From: Octopus sinensis
Taxonomy: Eukaryota
Direction: 5' to 3'
DNA length: 64,000 nt
Assembly: GCF_006345805.1 (NCBI RefSeq)
Contig: NC_043017.1
Span: forward strand, 26,164,001-26,228,000
The translations under genes and the position numbers were made by a program. The notes under the pieces are model-generated. The model was not told where the DNA came from. It did not search any database and worked only from the letters and a program-made list of their open reading frames with translations. Position 1 is the first letter of the stretch. Every line of letters starts with the position of its first letter. Below, one piece after another: positions 11,850 to 25,672 of the stretch.

Positions 11850-13526
11850 ATTTTACTAAGACTATATCTATAAGATGCAGAAATGTGTAAGAAAATTTAG
11901 TCACACTTCTATAATTGTTATCAGTTTTTGAAGTAAAATTTTACAAGTGACGAATAAAACAATGAAATTATATTCAATGTATCAATCATGTAAACTGTTA
12001 TATTTATTTGTAACACAGTTAAAAATTTGATTTCCACATCCACGGCCCTCCATGTTTTACAATTGAATGTATATCAATTAGCTAATGTGCGTATTTAATT
12101 AGATTTTCAACTGGTCTTTCTAAAATATTGAGTCTAGCATATTCAAGGGCTGTAACCCACTTGATGAATTAGTTCCTTACGGAGTATAAGGTAATTTTTA
12201 ATGCACATTCACTTTCAGAATTTAGTGATTTTGCGCCCATTTCTGTATCAGCATATATATGTTTTAGGAATGATTTATTCCGAAGTTTTATTGGTACAAA
12301 TACAAAGTAAATTACGTATAAAATTTCTTTCTAAACTGATAAAAAAAGTAAGTTTTGAAAGCGTAATAATTTTTTTTTTAGTAAATCTATCTAACATGGT
12401 TACAGAATACAATTTGTTTAGCTAAATTATATTTCATGGCACGTTTTTTCTTTATCTTTCAGTGTTAAACACCTCTCTAACTCCAGAGTGAAACCGTCAA
12501 ATGTATTTAAATTCTGTCTTTTTTCCCAATGAATTTAGTTTATATGTGATCAGATTTGTAGTTGACTTTTTGCTGTTCTATAACTAGTAAAAGTTTGGAA
12601 TGCTTGTTTTGCATACGAATGCAAATCTTCCAACAAAATCGACTCTGATATATGCATTAGAATTAATCTCAATTCTACGCCTCGAGTGCAACCATAAAAC
12701 TCAGCTGAAATTCATAATAATTATGTTTGGTACAATGCAAGGTAACATTTGATATTTTTCATCCACCCCGCAATTATCATGCAGATTACATAATACACCC
12801 GTGGGTATTCTGTTCATTTATTGCGCTATTTTCCCTTCAGTATCGACATATTAAAGCTTTTACACCATTTTCATTCTTCCCTATGACAGTTTCTCTGTTT
12901 AACAGCTTCTCTCCCGTGTCTTCCTCCCGGCATTTCCAGTATGAATTGCCTTGCAAAATCTCTTCGTTCGTAATGTGTTTTAAGTAATTTATTGTCCAGA
13001 TATTTGACATCCAATTTTATTAACAGATATTTATTAAGATTTGTAGTATCAAGTGTTAGGTATTGAGTGGTGTTTGTCAAAAGCATAATGCCAAAATTAA
13101 AACTATTTCAACTACCAGTCCCATGATTAGTATCTGGAAGGTCTTATCCACATTTAAATCACGGACGACCATTTCACTAACCGGAAACGGACTCGCTTAT
13201 TATTCATATGAAAAATCCTCATTATTTTAATTTTATTTTTATGAGAGATTTGTCTATTATTCTAAATGTATTTGTGGAAAGGTGAGCAATGCATCGTTGA
13301 TTTACTCTCTGATCATGATTCTCAGGTAATATTTCTCATCAAATGTGAATATCAATTAAAGAATAACAGTAGCATGATTACAGACAAGATATTTATCTGT
13401 ATTGAATGCGGAGAAGAAAAGTAGTTCTTTATTAGATAAATTCATCGACAAATATGTATATATGCGCTCATTCGGTGAAATACATATGTGGTGGTAATTA
13501 TATGCGGCATATATAATATATATATA

Positions 13527-13564
<38 letters not shown>

Positions 13565-13607
13565 ATATAATATATATATATTATATATATATATATAGTA
13601 TATATAT

Positions 13608-13815
13608 ATATCACAATCAAGGAACGGCCATAATAGGCCATTCACCCACTAGAAATAACAGCCAAAAAGCTTCACCGCAAATAACATTAATTCCGTAAAT
13701 CAGGAGAAAATTAAAAAACATGATTACGAATTAATGTTATTTTGCGGTTGAAGCTTTTTGGCTGTTATTTCTAGTGGGATGGCCTATTATGGCCGTTCCT
13801 GATTGATTGTGATAT
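13608..13815. repeat. Fold-back hairpin, ~95 bp arms, ~18 nt loop
   Basis: 13608-13702 is the reverse complement of 13721-13815 apart from five or six small indels; the left arm starts at a (TA)n tract. Confidence 0.95.
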
Positions 13816-13954
13816 TGAACTTAAAAATGGTTTATGACTATTTATTTTTTCCCACTAGGCCGCTGGGGCAAAGGAATTCTACAAAATTTTTTTTGCCTCC
13901 TATATTGATTAATTATGTATATATATATATATATATATATGTGTATATTATATA

Positions 13955-14024
<70 letters not shown>

Positions 14025-14284
14025 TATATATATACATAATACATACATGTTGTGTATATACATATATATATATATATATATATTGGAAGGTTGGGATTCG
14101 GACATGCTTTTCGTGATACCCTTGAAACCAGGAACTTTTCAAAGGTCTGTAAAAGATTACGTAAGTATGGGTCTCCTACCAGACTTTTCGTAATGCCATT
14201 GAACCCAGAAACTTTTCAGCAACCCGTTGTATGAACTACTAAATCAAATCGCACGGCTGAAGAAAGGTGCAACATGGCAGGGAA

Positions 14285-14377
14285 GATGATGCTCCTGTTG
14301 ATGATGAAGATGATGATGATGAAGGTGCACATGATGATGATGATGCTGGCAATAATGATGACGACGACGACGACGAC

Positions 14378-14422
<45 letters not shown>

Positions 14423-14441
14423 GGTGATGATGATGGCAATA

Positions 14442-14506
<65 letters not shown>

Positions 14507-14569
14507 GGTGATGATGATGGCAATAAGGATGATGATGATGATGATGATGATGACGACGACGACGACGAC

Positions 14570-14617
<48 letters not shown>

Positions 14618-14636
14618 GGTGATGATGATGGCAATA

Positions 14637-14701
<65 letters not shown>

Positions 14702-14720
14702 GGTGATGATGATGGCAATA

Positions 14721-14776
<56 letters not shown>

Positions 14777-14833
14777 AATGATGAAGGTGATGATGATGGC
14801 AATAATGATGACGACGACGACGACGACGACGAC

Positions 14834-14881
<48 letters not shown>

Positions 14882-14900
14882 GGTGATGATGATGGCAATA

Positions 14901-14965
<65 letters not shown>

Positions 14966-14984
14966 TGATTGATTTATGGCAATA

Positions 14985-15033
<49 letters not shown>

Positions 15034-15104
15034 TGATGATGATGATGATGATGAACATGATGATGATGATGATGATGGCAATAATGATGATGACGACGAC
15101 GATA

Positions 15105-15142
<38 letters not shown>

Positions 15143-15555
15143 AATGATGATGAAGGTGATGATGATGGCAATAAGGATGACGATGATGATGATGGTGATG
15201 ATGATGATGATGATGAATATGAAGATGATGATGGCAATAATGATGACGATGATAATGATGGTGATGATAATGATGATGATGATGATAATGATGATGATGG
15301 TGATCATGATGCTGATGCTAATGATGATGGTGAGGAAGATGATTAGGAGGGGCATGATTATGATCATTAAAATGATGATAATGGCCTGGGAATTGGAGAC
15401 GAGGAGCAGTAGGAGTGGGTGGAGGAGGACGATGTTGATGTCGCCGACGTTGATTGCCCCATAAATAACGATTGCAATGATGATAAATAACGATAATGCT
15501 GACGATGACGCCGATGATGATGATGATGATGATGACGACGACGACGACGATGGTG

Positions 15556-15592
<37 letters not shown>

Positions 15593-15613
15593 TGATGATG
15601 ATGATGATGATGT

Positions 15614-15649
<36 letters not shown>

Positions 15650-15781
15650 CGATGATGATGATGATGATGATGATAATGGCAATTACGCTGCTGATGTTTA
15701 TGAGTATGACGACGAGGAGGTCGATGATAACGATCATGGTCATGATAATAATGATAATGATGATGATGATGATGATGATGA

Positions 15782-15812
<31 letters not shown>

Positions 15813-15970
15813 ATGAAACGACAAGTGCGATGACGTCGACGCCGACAATGATGAAGTTGATGCTGATTACGACAATGCCCACGATCTTGATTAGGATGCT
15901 TATGATGATGATGATGATGATCTGATAAAACGCAGCGATAAACATCTTGATGTTCGTGTTGATAATGATG
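14285..15970. repeat. (GAT)n array with higher-order cassette
   Basis: The cassette GAAGGTGATGATGATGGCAATAAGGAT recurs several times between variable (GAT)n/(GAC)n runs. Confidence 0.95.
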
Positions 15971-16759
15971 ATGAAAATGATGGGATAAAAATCTGAAATT
16001 TATTCAAAACTAAACACAACACATGAGAGAACGTAAGAATTTAATAAAAAAAAAGAAATAAATGAAAGAAAAACAGAATGAAAGAATGATTGAATGAGTG
16101 AGCGAATGAAGGAATAAAAATATAAAGATACTAAATTCAAGAATTTGCATTAAATTCAGTTGGAAATGTCATCTCGATCATGAAATGCCTACGGCTCTTT
16201 GAAATAGTGTGTTTATTTGCTAGCTTGATACCAGCAAACAAGAAGCAAATATATGATGCCGAATAAAAGACTCAAAATATAACAACAAAATATATGATAT
16301 TTTCCTAAATATTTCGTTCAGGTCATGATATCGGTTCGAAGATTCCAGTAGCGAAAGAGAGACACTGAAAGATAGAACGTGAGAAAGAGAAATTGAATCA
16401 GTGAATAAGAGTAGGAGATAAACATATTATTTACTTCTACTACCTATCGATAGACGGAAGGGACATCGCTTGATGCTTGAATTTCTGTATGATTCTCAGG
16501 GATTCTCTCTTTATCCGTCTCTATTGTTTCCAGTTGTCCTATTATTATCTTAAGGACATGGATAATCACGGTTATATCGAATACAAATTATCGCCCGTCA
16601 CCCGAATCTCTAAACTTGAAAACAAGACACTGTAATATGTGCATTGCAGAATTTTTAAATTTCAAATTTTCTTTTGTTCGTTTCGAAGTTGATTTACAGT
16701 GTTGTGAAAGCAATTTATTGATCGAAGGAGTCGATAACTAAAGATAACATATAAGGCTT

Positions 16760-17383
16760 TGTAGAAGAGAGCAGATGAGGACAGACTGTATATTAAACGG
16801 GAACGCGGAGGAGGAAGAGCATTGATCAATGTGGAGGACTGTGTGAAGATGGAAGGAAAATGTCTCTGTCAGTATGCTAACGATACCCTGAAGAATTGCT
16901 TGCAGCGATAAGCAATGCAAGCATACTAAAATAAGGATAAAATAAAGATGAAGTATGTGAAACGAAATATCAAAGTTACAACGGAAAAGATTTACAGCCT
17001 CAGTTTATGATCAATACTGAAATAGAAAGAGGCGAAGAGGCATGCGGAATTGTTGGGGAAAGGGAATTTTCGAAGAAGAGAGAGAAGGTTTCATCGTGCT
17101 GCTTAGGATGAAGCCCTGTGGACAAATAGTACAAGATGTAGGAAAGTATGTGCTGTGTTACCAGTGCGCAGGCTTTGCAATTATCGAGAAGAAACATTGA
17201 GCTACATACTCGGTGAATGTTATAAGCTCGCACGGAATCAGCACAAGTCTATGAGACGTGAAATCGTTGCAAAGCAAAGACAATCCACTGGGAAATATGT
17301 AAGAAATATGGACTTCCATCAGGAGACAAGTGGTATGAAGATGAACCTGAAAATGAGACTGAGAATGATGAGGATGAATTTAT

Positions 17384-17385
<2 letters not shown>
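16760..17385 (+). mobile_element. Decayed R4/Dong-type non-LTR retrotransposon fragment (RT C-terminus to zinc knuckle)
   Basis: DRLYIKRERGG-GRALINVEDCV, then RLCNYREETLSYILGEC (degenerate CCHC knuckle) and, after frameshifts, IHWEICKKYGL..KWYE. Confidence 0.7.
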
Positions 17386-17421
<36 letters not shown>

Positions 17422-17655
17422 AAAGGACTGACCACTAAAATTGAACGATCAACATGCTAGATATAGACGTCAAAATCGCTTCTTTACATGCTAGGCCACT
17501 GGTTTTAATTGATTAATATCAATTTCTACCCTTATTAAATTTTATATATATATATATACATATATACATATATATGTATATATAGGTATGTATATATATA
17601 TATATATAAATATATATACATACAAATATATACATATATATATACACAGACACAC

Positions 17656-17710
<55 letters not shown>

Positions 17711-17882
17711 GAATATATATATACGCATATATATATTTATGTATATAGATCTATATATATAGAGAGAGAGAGAGATCGAAAGAGAGAGAGAAAGAGTTAA
17801 ATTTATAGAGGAATAAAAAAATAGACATGTATATGAACAACAAGAAAATGTATTTGTTTGACAATCGGGAAAATGAAAGGGT

Positions 17883-17916
17883 GTTTTACGTTTCGAGCCT
17901 ACGCTCTTCAAGAAAA
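17883..17916 (-). ncRNA. Degenerate hammerhead motif (family 2 variant)
   Basis: Minus strand reads TTC-TTGA-AGAGC-GTAG-GCTC-GAAA-CGTA-AAAC; the core is shortened relative to CTGNNGA. Confidence 0.45.
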
Positions 17917-18249
17917 AGGAAGAGAAAATATAAAGAGAAACTGAAAGCATAAACGGAGAGAGAATGAGAAAACCTTGTACATTTGAGTGGTCCAGCATAT
18001 AACAGGTACCTACCTGGATTATACTGCACCGTGTTTATGGTAGATGGTATTGATTATATTGTATAAGTCATTTCTCCAAGATGCCCCGCAGTGTAACTGA
18101 ACCCGAAACTGTTATGTTGAAAATTGTGATTGCTACCCACAGAGCCATACCAACGCCTATAATTTTAAATTGCATGCTTCAGAAGTTGTTTTCTGTTTTT
18201 CGTAGCTTGTATATGTTCTTATCAACTGTCAGATTTATTTAAATCTTTT

Positions 18250-18886
18250 GAAGCCTGGACTTGCCCCATGATAAAAACTGGTAGGAACACAAACCACCTC
18301 CAGTGCTTGAAAATGACCACATCTCACTCCTCTAGAACTTCACCATTCAAACTGACAGAAAGATGGACACGAACAGGCCAGACATTATATTGAAAGACTT
18401 CAGACAGAAAACAGGCCTCCTCATTGATATGACTGTCCCAATCGATATAAACGTATCTGTCAAGACCTACCAGAAACTGAGCAAATATAAAGATCTTGAA
18501 ATAGAAATCAGCAACATGTGGAACCTGAAGACTAAAACAATACATGTTGTCATAGGTGCCCTAGGAATGATAGCGAAAGGGGCGCATTGCTACCTAACTC
18601 AGATACCAGGAAACCCGAACATGACAGAAATTCAAAAGATAGTGCTCATGGGAACTGCACATATCCTACACAAAATACTTTCTATGTAATCTCAAGTTTT
18701 AATACAAACATAATTTTCGTCTGTTTTTTTTGGGACATTCTCTAGTACAACACTAAGTACAAAACCAAATATATGGCACGCTAGGCATAACACCAACATG
18801 AACTTCCAACTTGTCTCTTGAGGTCTCTGGGTGAGACTTGGCGCCAGCTTGTGCAAATGTAAACCAAATGTCAAACATATAATTGA

Positions 18887-18890
<4 letters not shown>
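18250..18890 (+). mobile_element. R4/Dong-clade non-LTR retrotransposon 3' end (restriction-like endonuclease plus 3' UTR)
   Basis: ORF 18363-18689 contains RPDIILKDFRQKTGLLIDMTVP (PD..D), KLSKYKDL and VVIGALG...IQKIVLMGTAHILHKILS*, typical of the RLE C-terminus. The 3' UTR runs straight into (TAA)n at 18889. Confidence 0.9.
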
Positions 18891-18918
<28 letters not shown>

Positions 18919-18931
18919 AGATGATGATGAT

Positions 18932-18977
<46 letters not shown>

Positions 18978-19043
18978 GTTATGGCGATAGCTATTAATTT
19001 CCAGTAACGCTGCCGTAATCTCCTTTAGAGAGACTTAGTAATT

Positions 19044-19090
<47 letters not shown>

Positions 19091-19200
19091 GAAGAAGAAG
19101 AAGAAGAAGAAGAAGAAGAAGAAGAAGAAGAAGAAGAGAAGAAGAAGAAGAAGAAAAAGAAGAAGTAGAAGAAGAAGAATATAATGATGATGAAGAAGAA
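18889..19200. repeat. Compound (AAT)n/(AAG)n microsatellite
   Basis: Directly visible. Confidence 0.95.
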
Positions 19201-20358
19201 AAAGGAGTACAACAACAACGAACATTGGTTGAAGAATTATCTACCAAAATGGAAAAAAAAAACTAGCAGATGACATGTGTAATGAAGCTAATGAAGGGTC
19301 CCAGAAAAAGTATGTTGTTGTATGATGAAGAGTTTCTATACGAGTGATCTGCCTGGAAATTGCGTGGAATTGTAGTGTAGAATATAACGGCGGTGAGAAT
19401 ATATACTTATATCGAAAAGGTCAAATGTACGTTTTATCTTCATCGTTGATTGACGTTGTTGTCGCTACTGATGTTTCGTTACTTCTGTATTCCACACCGT
19501 TGCTTTTTTCCTATATCCGTACATATATTACTGTCGCTGATATTCTAAGCATTGATTATATATTCCTATCATCGCTGTATTTTTTCCGTCATGTTAATCT
19601 TATCGCTGATGTTTTGCTTGCTGTTGCTTGCTGTTGTTGTTGCTGCTGTTATTTCCAATAATGTACAAATTACAGCTACTACTCTGATTCCAATTCATAT
19701 TTTTTTTTCCTTTGGTTTATCGTTCTAGCTTCAGTATTTTAAGTACGATACGACAAATTCAAAACGACTGTAATTTATTTCCCAGTTTTTCCTACTCCAT
19801 TTTTTATATTTTCATTTCACTTCAACTCTTTCAATGGCGATGCTGCTATTTCCATCGTTACTGTAATTTCTTAAGCAACATTCGCTATTGTTATTCCCGA
19901 CTCTGTTCACGTTCCTACTATTGATAATCTCACTATATTACTCATGCCTCTTCCATTCACTGTTCTAAATATTATTTCTCCTTCATATAACATCTGCTAC
20001 GTTGATTAGTATTCCAAGAATGACAAGATGTTTTATGTTTTTTTTCTTTAATCTCCCATACATCTTGGTATTTCTTCTCTTATTTTGTTGAAATCTTAGT
20101 AAGATACTGCTATTTTAACAGCTTCCGTTGCTTCTCATGCGGTTTCCAAAATGGCCGCCATATCAAAAATAAAAAAAAAAACGTAAAGAAACTAAAGTAA
20201 TGACAGTATTCCCGTTGCCCTCGAATCAATTCTTATACATATTAAGCGAATGCTAAACGGCTCTAATTTTAATTCTGTATATATTCGACAACTATTATGG
20301 CTCTATTGCCTTCCTGGACCCTTTGTTGCTGCTGTTATCAGTTTTCCTGTTATATCTA

Positions 20359-20404
<46 letters not shown>

Positions 20405-20509
20405 ATCTGTATGTTTACTAGTGTATGTGTACGTTTGCGTAAATTCTTTTTTCCCTTTCTCCTTTTATATTGCACCACTTCCTGACTCGTTTCCATTTCG
20501 ATGACCTCT

Positions 20510-20601
20510 CAATCTTTTATTATTATTATCATTATTATTATTGTTCTTCTTCTTCATCATTATACTCCTCTTGTTGTTGTTGTTGTGTTGTTGTTGTTGT
20601 T

Positions 20602-20679
<78 letters not shown>

Positions 20680-20737
20680 GTTCTTCTTCTTCTTCATTAT
20701 TATATTCCTCTTGTTCTTCTTCTTCTTCTTCTTCTTC

Positions 20738-20772
<35 letters not shown>

Positions 20773-20856
20773 ATTATTATTATTATTATTATTATTATTA
20801 TCATTATTATTATTATTATTTTATTATTATTATTATTATCATTACCATTATTATTA

Positions 20857-20912
<56 letters not shown>

Positions 20913-20915
20913 TCA
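20510..20915. repeat. Compound (TTA)n/(TTC)n/(TTG)n microsatellite
   Basis: Directly visible. Confidence 0.95.
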
Positions 20916-21407
20916 ATTACAATCGCCCTCTTATTGTATTTGTTTTTTTAATTTTCTTCTCTCGTTTCGCTAGTTAGAGATTTTTTTTTCCGTATTAGTT
21001 TCTAATTTTCTTACGTACTTTAATTCATTTCCCGATTCTTTATTTCTTTCTTTCTTCTTAAAGAAACCTCATTTCCATAAAGAAATTAATATTGTGACAA
21101 ATCTTTCATTTGTATCATTGTTTTTCCTCATTTTTATCCCTCTGTACTGTTGCTGTTCTTATTATTGCTGCTGTAAATTTCCACTAAATAGATTTACACT
21201 GACATAAAAATACACACTCGCATATACTGAATAGGAAACGGTTTTATTTCAAGACTACCGACGACAATCCTAAAATCTAAGCAGACATAACCTCAATTCA
21301 TTTAGTTATCAAACATTAACTACTATCCTTAAATGTCTAACAAAAGCACAATTTATTTCCTGAAGATGGGGATAGATACTGCAAAAATTATTATTGATAA
21401 TGACCTT

Positions 21408-21780
21408 AGGCGTAGGAGTGGCTTTGTGGTAAGAAGCTTGCTTACCAACCACATAGTTCTGGGTTCAGTCCCACTGCGTGGCATCTTGGGCAAGTGTCTT
21501 CTACTATAGCCTCGAGCCTACTAAAGCCTTGTGAGTGGATTTGGTAGACGGAAACTGAAAGAAGCTTGTCGTATATATGTATATATATATATATGTATGT
21601 GTGTGTGTTTGAGTGTCTGTCTTTGTTCCCTTAGCGGTTCGGCAAAAAGAGACCGATAGAATAAGTACTGGGCTTACAAAAATAATAAGTCTCGGGGTCG
21701 AGTTGCTCGACTAAAGGCGGTGCTCCAGCATGGCCACAGTGAAATGACTGAAACAACTAAAAGAGTAAAGAGTAAAGAGA
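21408..21780 (+). mobile_element. SINE family B, near full length with internal deletion
   Basis: tRNA-like head, CORE-like CTTGGGCAAGTG segment, internal TA/TG microsatellite and AAAGAGT tail. Confidence 0.9.
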
Positions 21781-22961
21781 AACTCATTGTTTGTGTCCCT
21801 GTTTAGCTACCTCACACTACTGTGATAGCTGTCTTTCGACTTATCATAGCCACAGTTCTGCCAAAATCGTGGCATCTACGTCAGTCATAAATTTATGATG
21901 TTCCTTTGGCATACCGTCATATTCACGTAATTTGTTTCCTCAACACCATGAGACACTCAGAACTATTATGCCGTACTTTTTTGTCACACCGTCTTATTTA
22001 TCGTCTTCCTGGCATCGATTGAGTTTGATGCAGCGTCACTAAGTGAGAATGAACTCAGAAATATTCAGCAAAATCTCTGCTGGATATACGCACACAGCAC
22101 TGTCAAAATGAAAACCAATTAGACGCTATGGTCTGACAGTTTGTGATTGGGTTGTAATCTTCATTATACGTCTCTGACACCCAGATCCGTCCGATAGATT
22201 TCCTTCTCTGAGGTGTACATTCTTATCTCTTAGATTTGCCACAGCAGCAATTTGTGTTTCGTACAGAGGAAATGTTTATTAAAATGTCATTAGCGATGTG
22301 TTTATCATTCTCCTTCTACTTTGCCCTCTAGCTGCAAGATAAATGCACAGTTTTCTCTCGCCAATCCAATGCTTGTCCGCGTAATTTCTCTTCCAAATAA
22401 CGTAACCATACAAAGATACACTCTATCAGTTATTGATAATATCCATTTAGAACTTGGAAAAATGTGGTGGCAGTTATCTTTCTATGTGTTGACACTACAA
22501 TAAAATTTATGGAAATATTGCACTGCATAAAACGAGGTCCATATTCAAAACAGCTTCACATAATCTGTGTATTACGATACGTATTTCATAAAATTGTTCG
22601 TTAGTATATATACAAAGACCTGTCGGTTATTGGAATGGTATGAGCAAGTTTTTTAGCTTTTCGCATTTTATTCCAAAACGGTTACGTCTACACAGTCTCA
22701 ACCTGTATACAAGTTGGTTCACCAGTTTTACTGGTACTAATGAAAGAAACGTTCGGAATGTTGCGAGTAATGCCTCTTGGAACCTGGAGTACATTTGTCC
22801 CCTTCCATTTCTCGGCATATGGAAGGCTATTTGACCGGCAACATCGCTTTTACTGTGATACTTTTCCACAATCACCGACATGCAGTCTTGTTGCATAACG
22901 TTTTCTTCTTAATTCCAGATTGAGATGACTCTGAAATAATATGGTAAATTAAATTATATCT

Positions 22962-23192
22962 CTATGTGAGAGAGAGATGCTTACCACTCACTTCACATTG
23001 GTATACAATGCTTATGTTGCACAAAATCTGCTTTCGACTGTAGCAGTTGTCTGTGACTCTTAAACCTAGAATTAGCTTCCTCGCTAATATACAATGATTT
23101 ACAAAACGATTCGAAGTAACGACATGATTAGCGTAGAATAAATGCAAGAATTCATTTACCCAACATGTGGCTCCCAAGTTCTCCAAATTCCC
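22962..23192 (-). pseudogene. Decayed ubiquitin-specific protease (peptidase C19)-like Cys-box segment
   Basis: GNLENLGATCWVNEFLHLFYAN matches the USP catalytic Cys box GL.NLGATCY.N.FLQ. An in-frame stop lies just upstream, there is no ATG, and downstream frames are broken. Confidence 0.4.
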
Positions 23193-24143
23193 CTGCTATA
23201 TTTCATAGGCTAATTTCATATTGAAATCATCAATCCAAGCGAGAATTCCTTCAGTAATAGTATCTGGCATCAGCTGCCGTTTTCCAAATCCTTTGCTTCT
23301 CAAGTTATTCCAAGACACTTTCATAGAATTCTTTATAGATTTATATTGCAGGTCTCAGACAAGAGTGATCAGCATTTCTATACAGTGTAGTTCAAGAAAT
23401 TGCTTGTATATGTTATTGTTATGGTTGGTTGTCTTGTATTTATTTCGTTATTTTCTAATTTGAATATTTATCTTTTTCCTCCTGTAGCAGTTATGATTTA
23501 TTTGTGTGCTATTATCACTTTTGAGGTTGCTGGATTTGTTGTATATCAAGCGTGGACGTTTTTCCAGTTTGCAGTATTTTTATCTATAACGCAATCATGG
23601 GATGTATCTTTCCTTTAACGAATCCTCAACTTTCGAAAAGAACCGGTTTTCGAGCATCGAGAAATGTTACACTTGCTGATGGTGTCAGGTTTTTCTTGCC
23701 ATTTTGTTTCATTTCCATTCTATTATTGATGATTATTTCACAACTCTAGTTTGCAATTTCTACTTCACATAAACCAAATAGTTGCAGGAGTCGAAGAAGG
23801 CGAGGGAAAGAAGCAGTTGATAATAAATTCAAAGAGTGAATAGCCGTTGATTAGTATGTTGCTCTTGATGATTATTGGTGAGTTGACATTCCACAGATGA
23901 CACAACCATCGAAATTCTCAACGACACCATGAAATTTGTTTGCAGTATTTACTGATCAGATAAACTCATTTCCCTCGTAATTTTGTATCGCTTTTAAAGT
24001 AACGCTTTTTTGTTGAGATCTTTATGATAATTTCAGACCAGTTATTGCACCTTGTTCCTCATTCGTTCCTAATTAGATCTGCACAGCTCCTTCTGGTAGA
24101 TTTAGCCAAGCTACACTGAATCTATTGATCATAGACATCACAT

Positions 24144-24525
24144 TGGAAGCACTGCGTCGGTTACGACGACGAGGGTTCCGTTTGATCCGAATCAACGGAA
24201 CAGCCTGCTCGTGAAATTAACGTGTAAGTGGCTGAGCACTCCACAGACACGTGTGTCCTTAACGTAGTTCTCGGGGATATTCAGCGTGACACAGAGAGTG
24301 ACAAGGCCGGCCCTTTGAAATAAAGGTACAACAGAAACAGGAAGTAAGAGTGAGAGAAAGTTGTGGTGAAAGAGTACAGCTGGGATCACCACCATCCCCT
24401 GCCGGAGCCTCATGGAACTTTAGGTGTTTTCGCTCAATAAACACTCACAACGCCCGGTCTGGGAATCGAAACCGCGATCTTATGACCGCGAGTCCGCTGC
24501 CCTAACCACTGGTCCATTGCGCCTC
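24144..24525 (-). mobile_element. tRNA-derived SINE, family A, full length
   Basis: Homologous to 6170-6553; ATCACATT repeated at 24137-24144 and 24531-24538. Confidence 0.9.
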
Positions 24526-24862
24526 AAGAAATCACATTATAGCAGTGGAAAGGAAATTCATCATTTTCGTAGTCATAATCATCTACCTTGCAGTCAGGCG
24601 TTTACGCCCTTAACGTATTATTAAGGGACAAGTAAAGATGTTGAACATACTGTAGCACTAGGCGAAAATATTTATCTTGGTATTGCTAGCCGCGATTATA
24701 AAATCCGCTGTTATGCAAATAACGGCGGTTTCTCTATCATGCATCTTTGGGTTAAGGAAGTTTGGACTGGAAATGAGGGAGCGGAATTCAATAAATATGA
24801 AAGGATATTTCATATGCTTTCCATTCTCCCATCGCTACACTTTCTCTCTTAGAAGTATCTCG

Positions 24863-25290
24863 TATTCTTCTTCTTCTTCTTCTTCTTCTTCTTCTTCTTC
24901 TTCTTCTTCTTCTTCTTCTTCTTCTTCTTCTTCTTCTTCTTCTTCTCTTCTTCTTCTTCTTCTTCTTCTTCTTCTCTTCTTCTTCTTTCTTTTTCTTCCG
25001 GCCTCTTCCTCCTACTCTTCTCTCTTTTTTCTTCTCCTCCTTCCTCTTCTTATTTTTATTATCATTATCATCTATTATTATAATCATTATTATTATTTTC
25101 TTCTTCTTCTTCTTCTTCTTCTTCTTCTTTCCACCTCCGCACCACCACCAACACGGCCTCCACAACATCACATCCACCGCTACCACCACCACCACCACAA
25201 CAATAACAATCACCACCATCACCACAACCACCACCACCACCAACATGATCATCATCATCACCATCACCATTATCATAAAACCCGTCATCA
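24863..25290. repeat. (TTC)n/(TTA)n/(CAC)n compound microsatellite
   Basis: Directly visible. Confidence 0.95.
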
Positions 25291-25499
25291 TCATTATTAC
25301 TATTATTAGAAAGCCCGGTTTATTCTCGTTCACATGACAGAACTGTATCGTTAAATATTTAATTTTAATATGAAATCGATATTATAATCCAATGAGTTCA
25401 TCTCCTTATTGTGTCCGCAAGCAAAAGGAAACGACAGTTGAGTTGAATGAAAACTTGGGCATAGGATACATACATACAAATATTATATATATATATATA

Positions 25500-25530
<31 letters not shown>

Positions 25531-25552
25531 GTATGTATATATATTATATATG

Positions 25553-25589
<37 letters not shown>

Positions 25590-25672
25590 GGTCCCGGGTT
25601 GTTGGGGTTAACCACAGTAAATAAGGTACTCAATAACATAGTAGAGTAAAATTAATTTATTATATAGAAGGA

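Noticed and set aside
12860-13200. Possible ancient CR1/L2 RT remnant on the minus strand (AFDK-like)
   Set aside because: Only a four-residue motif; not supportable without a profile search.
14267-14968. Poly-Asp ORF resembling acidic biomineralisation proteins
   Set aside because: No signal peptide or non-repetitive domain; overlapping frames on both strands are equally open; it lies inside a (GAT)n array.
20144-20165. YY1-like CAAAATGGCCGCCAT motif as a promoter
   Set aside because: An isolated motif with no linked gene or CpG-island context.
21357-21407. TTCCTGAAGATGGGG, a possible hammerhead 5' half
   Set aside because: Cut off by the SINE at 21408; no GAAA or stem III partner was found after it.
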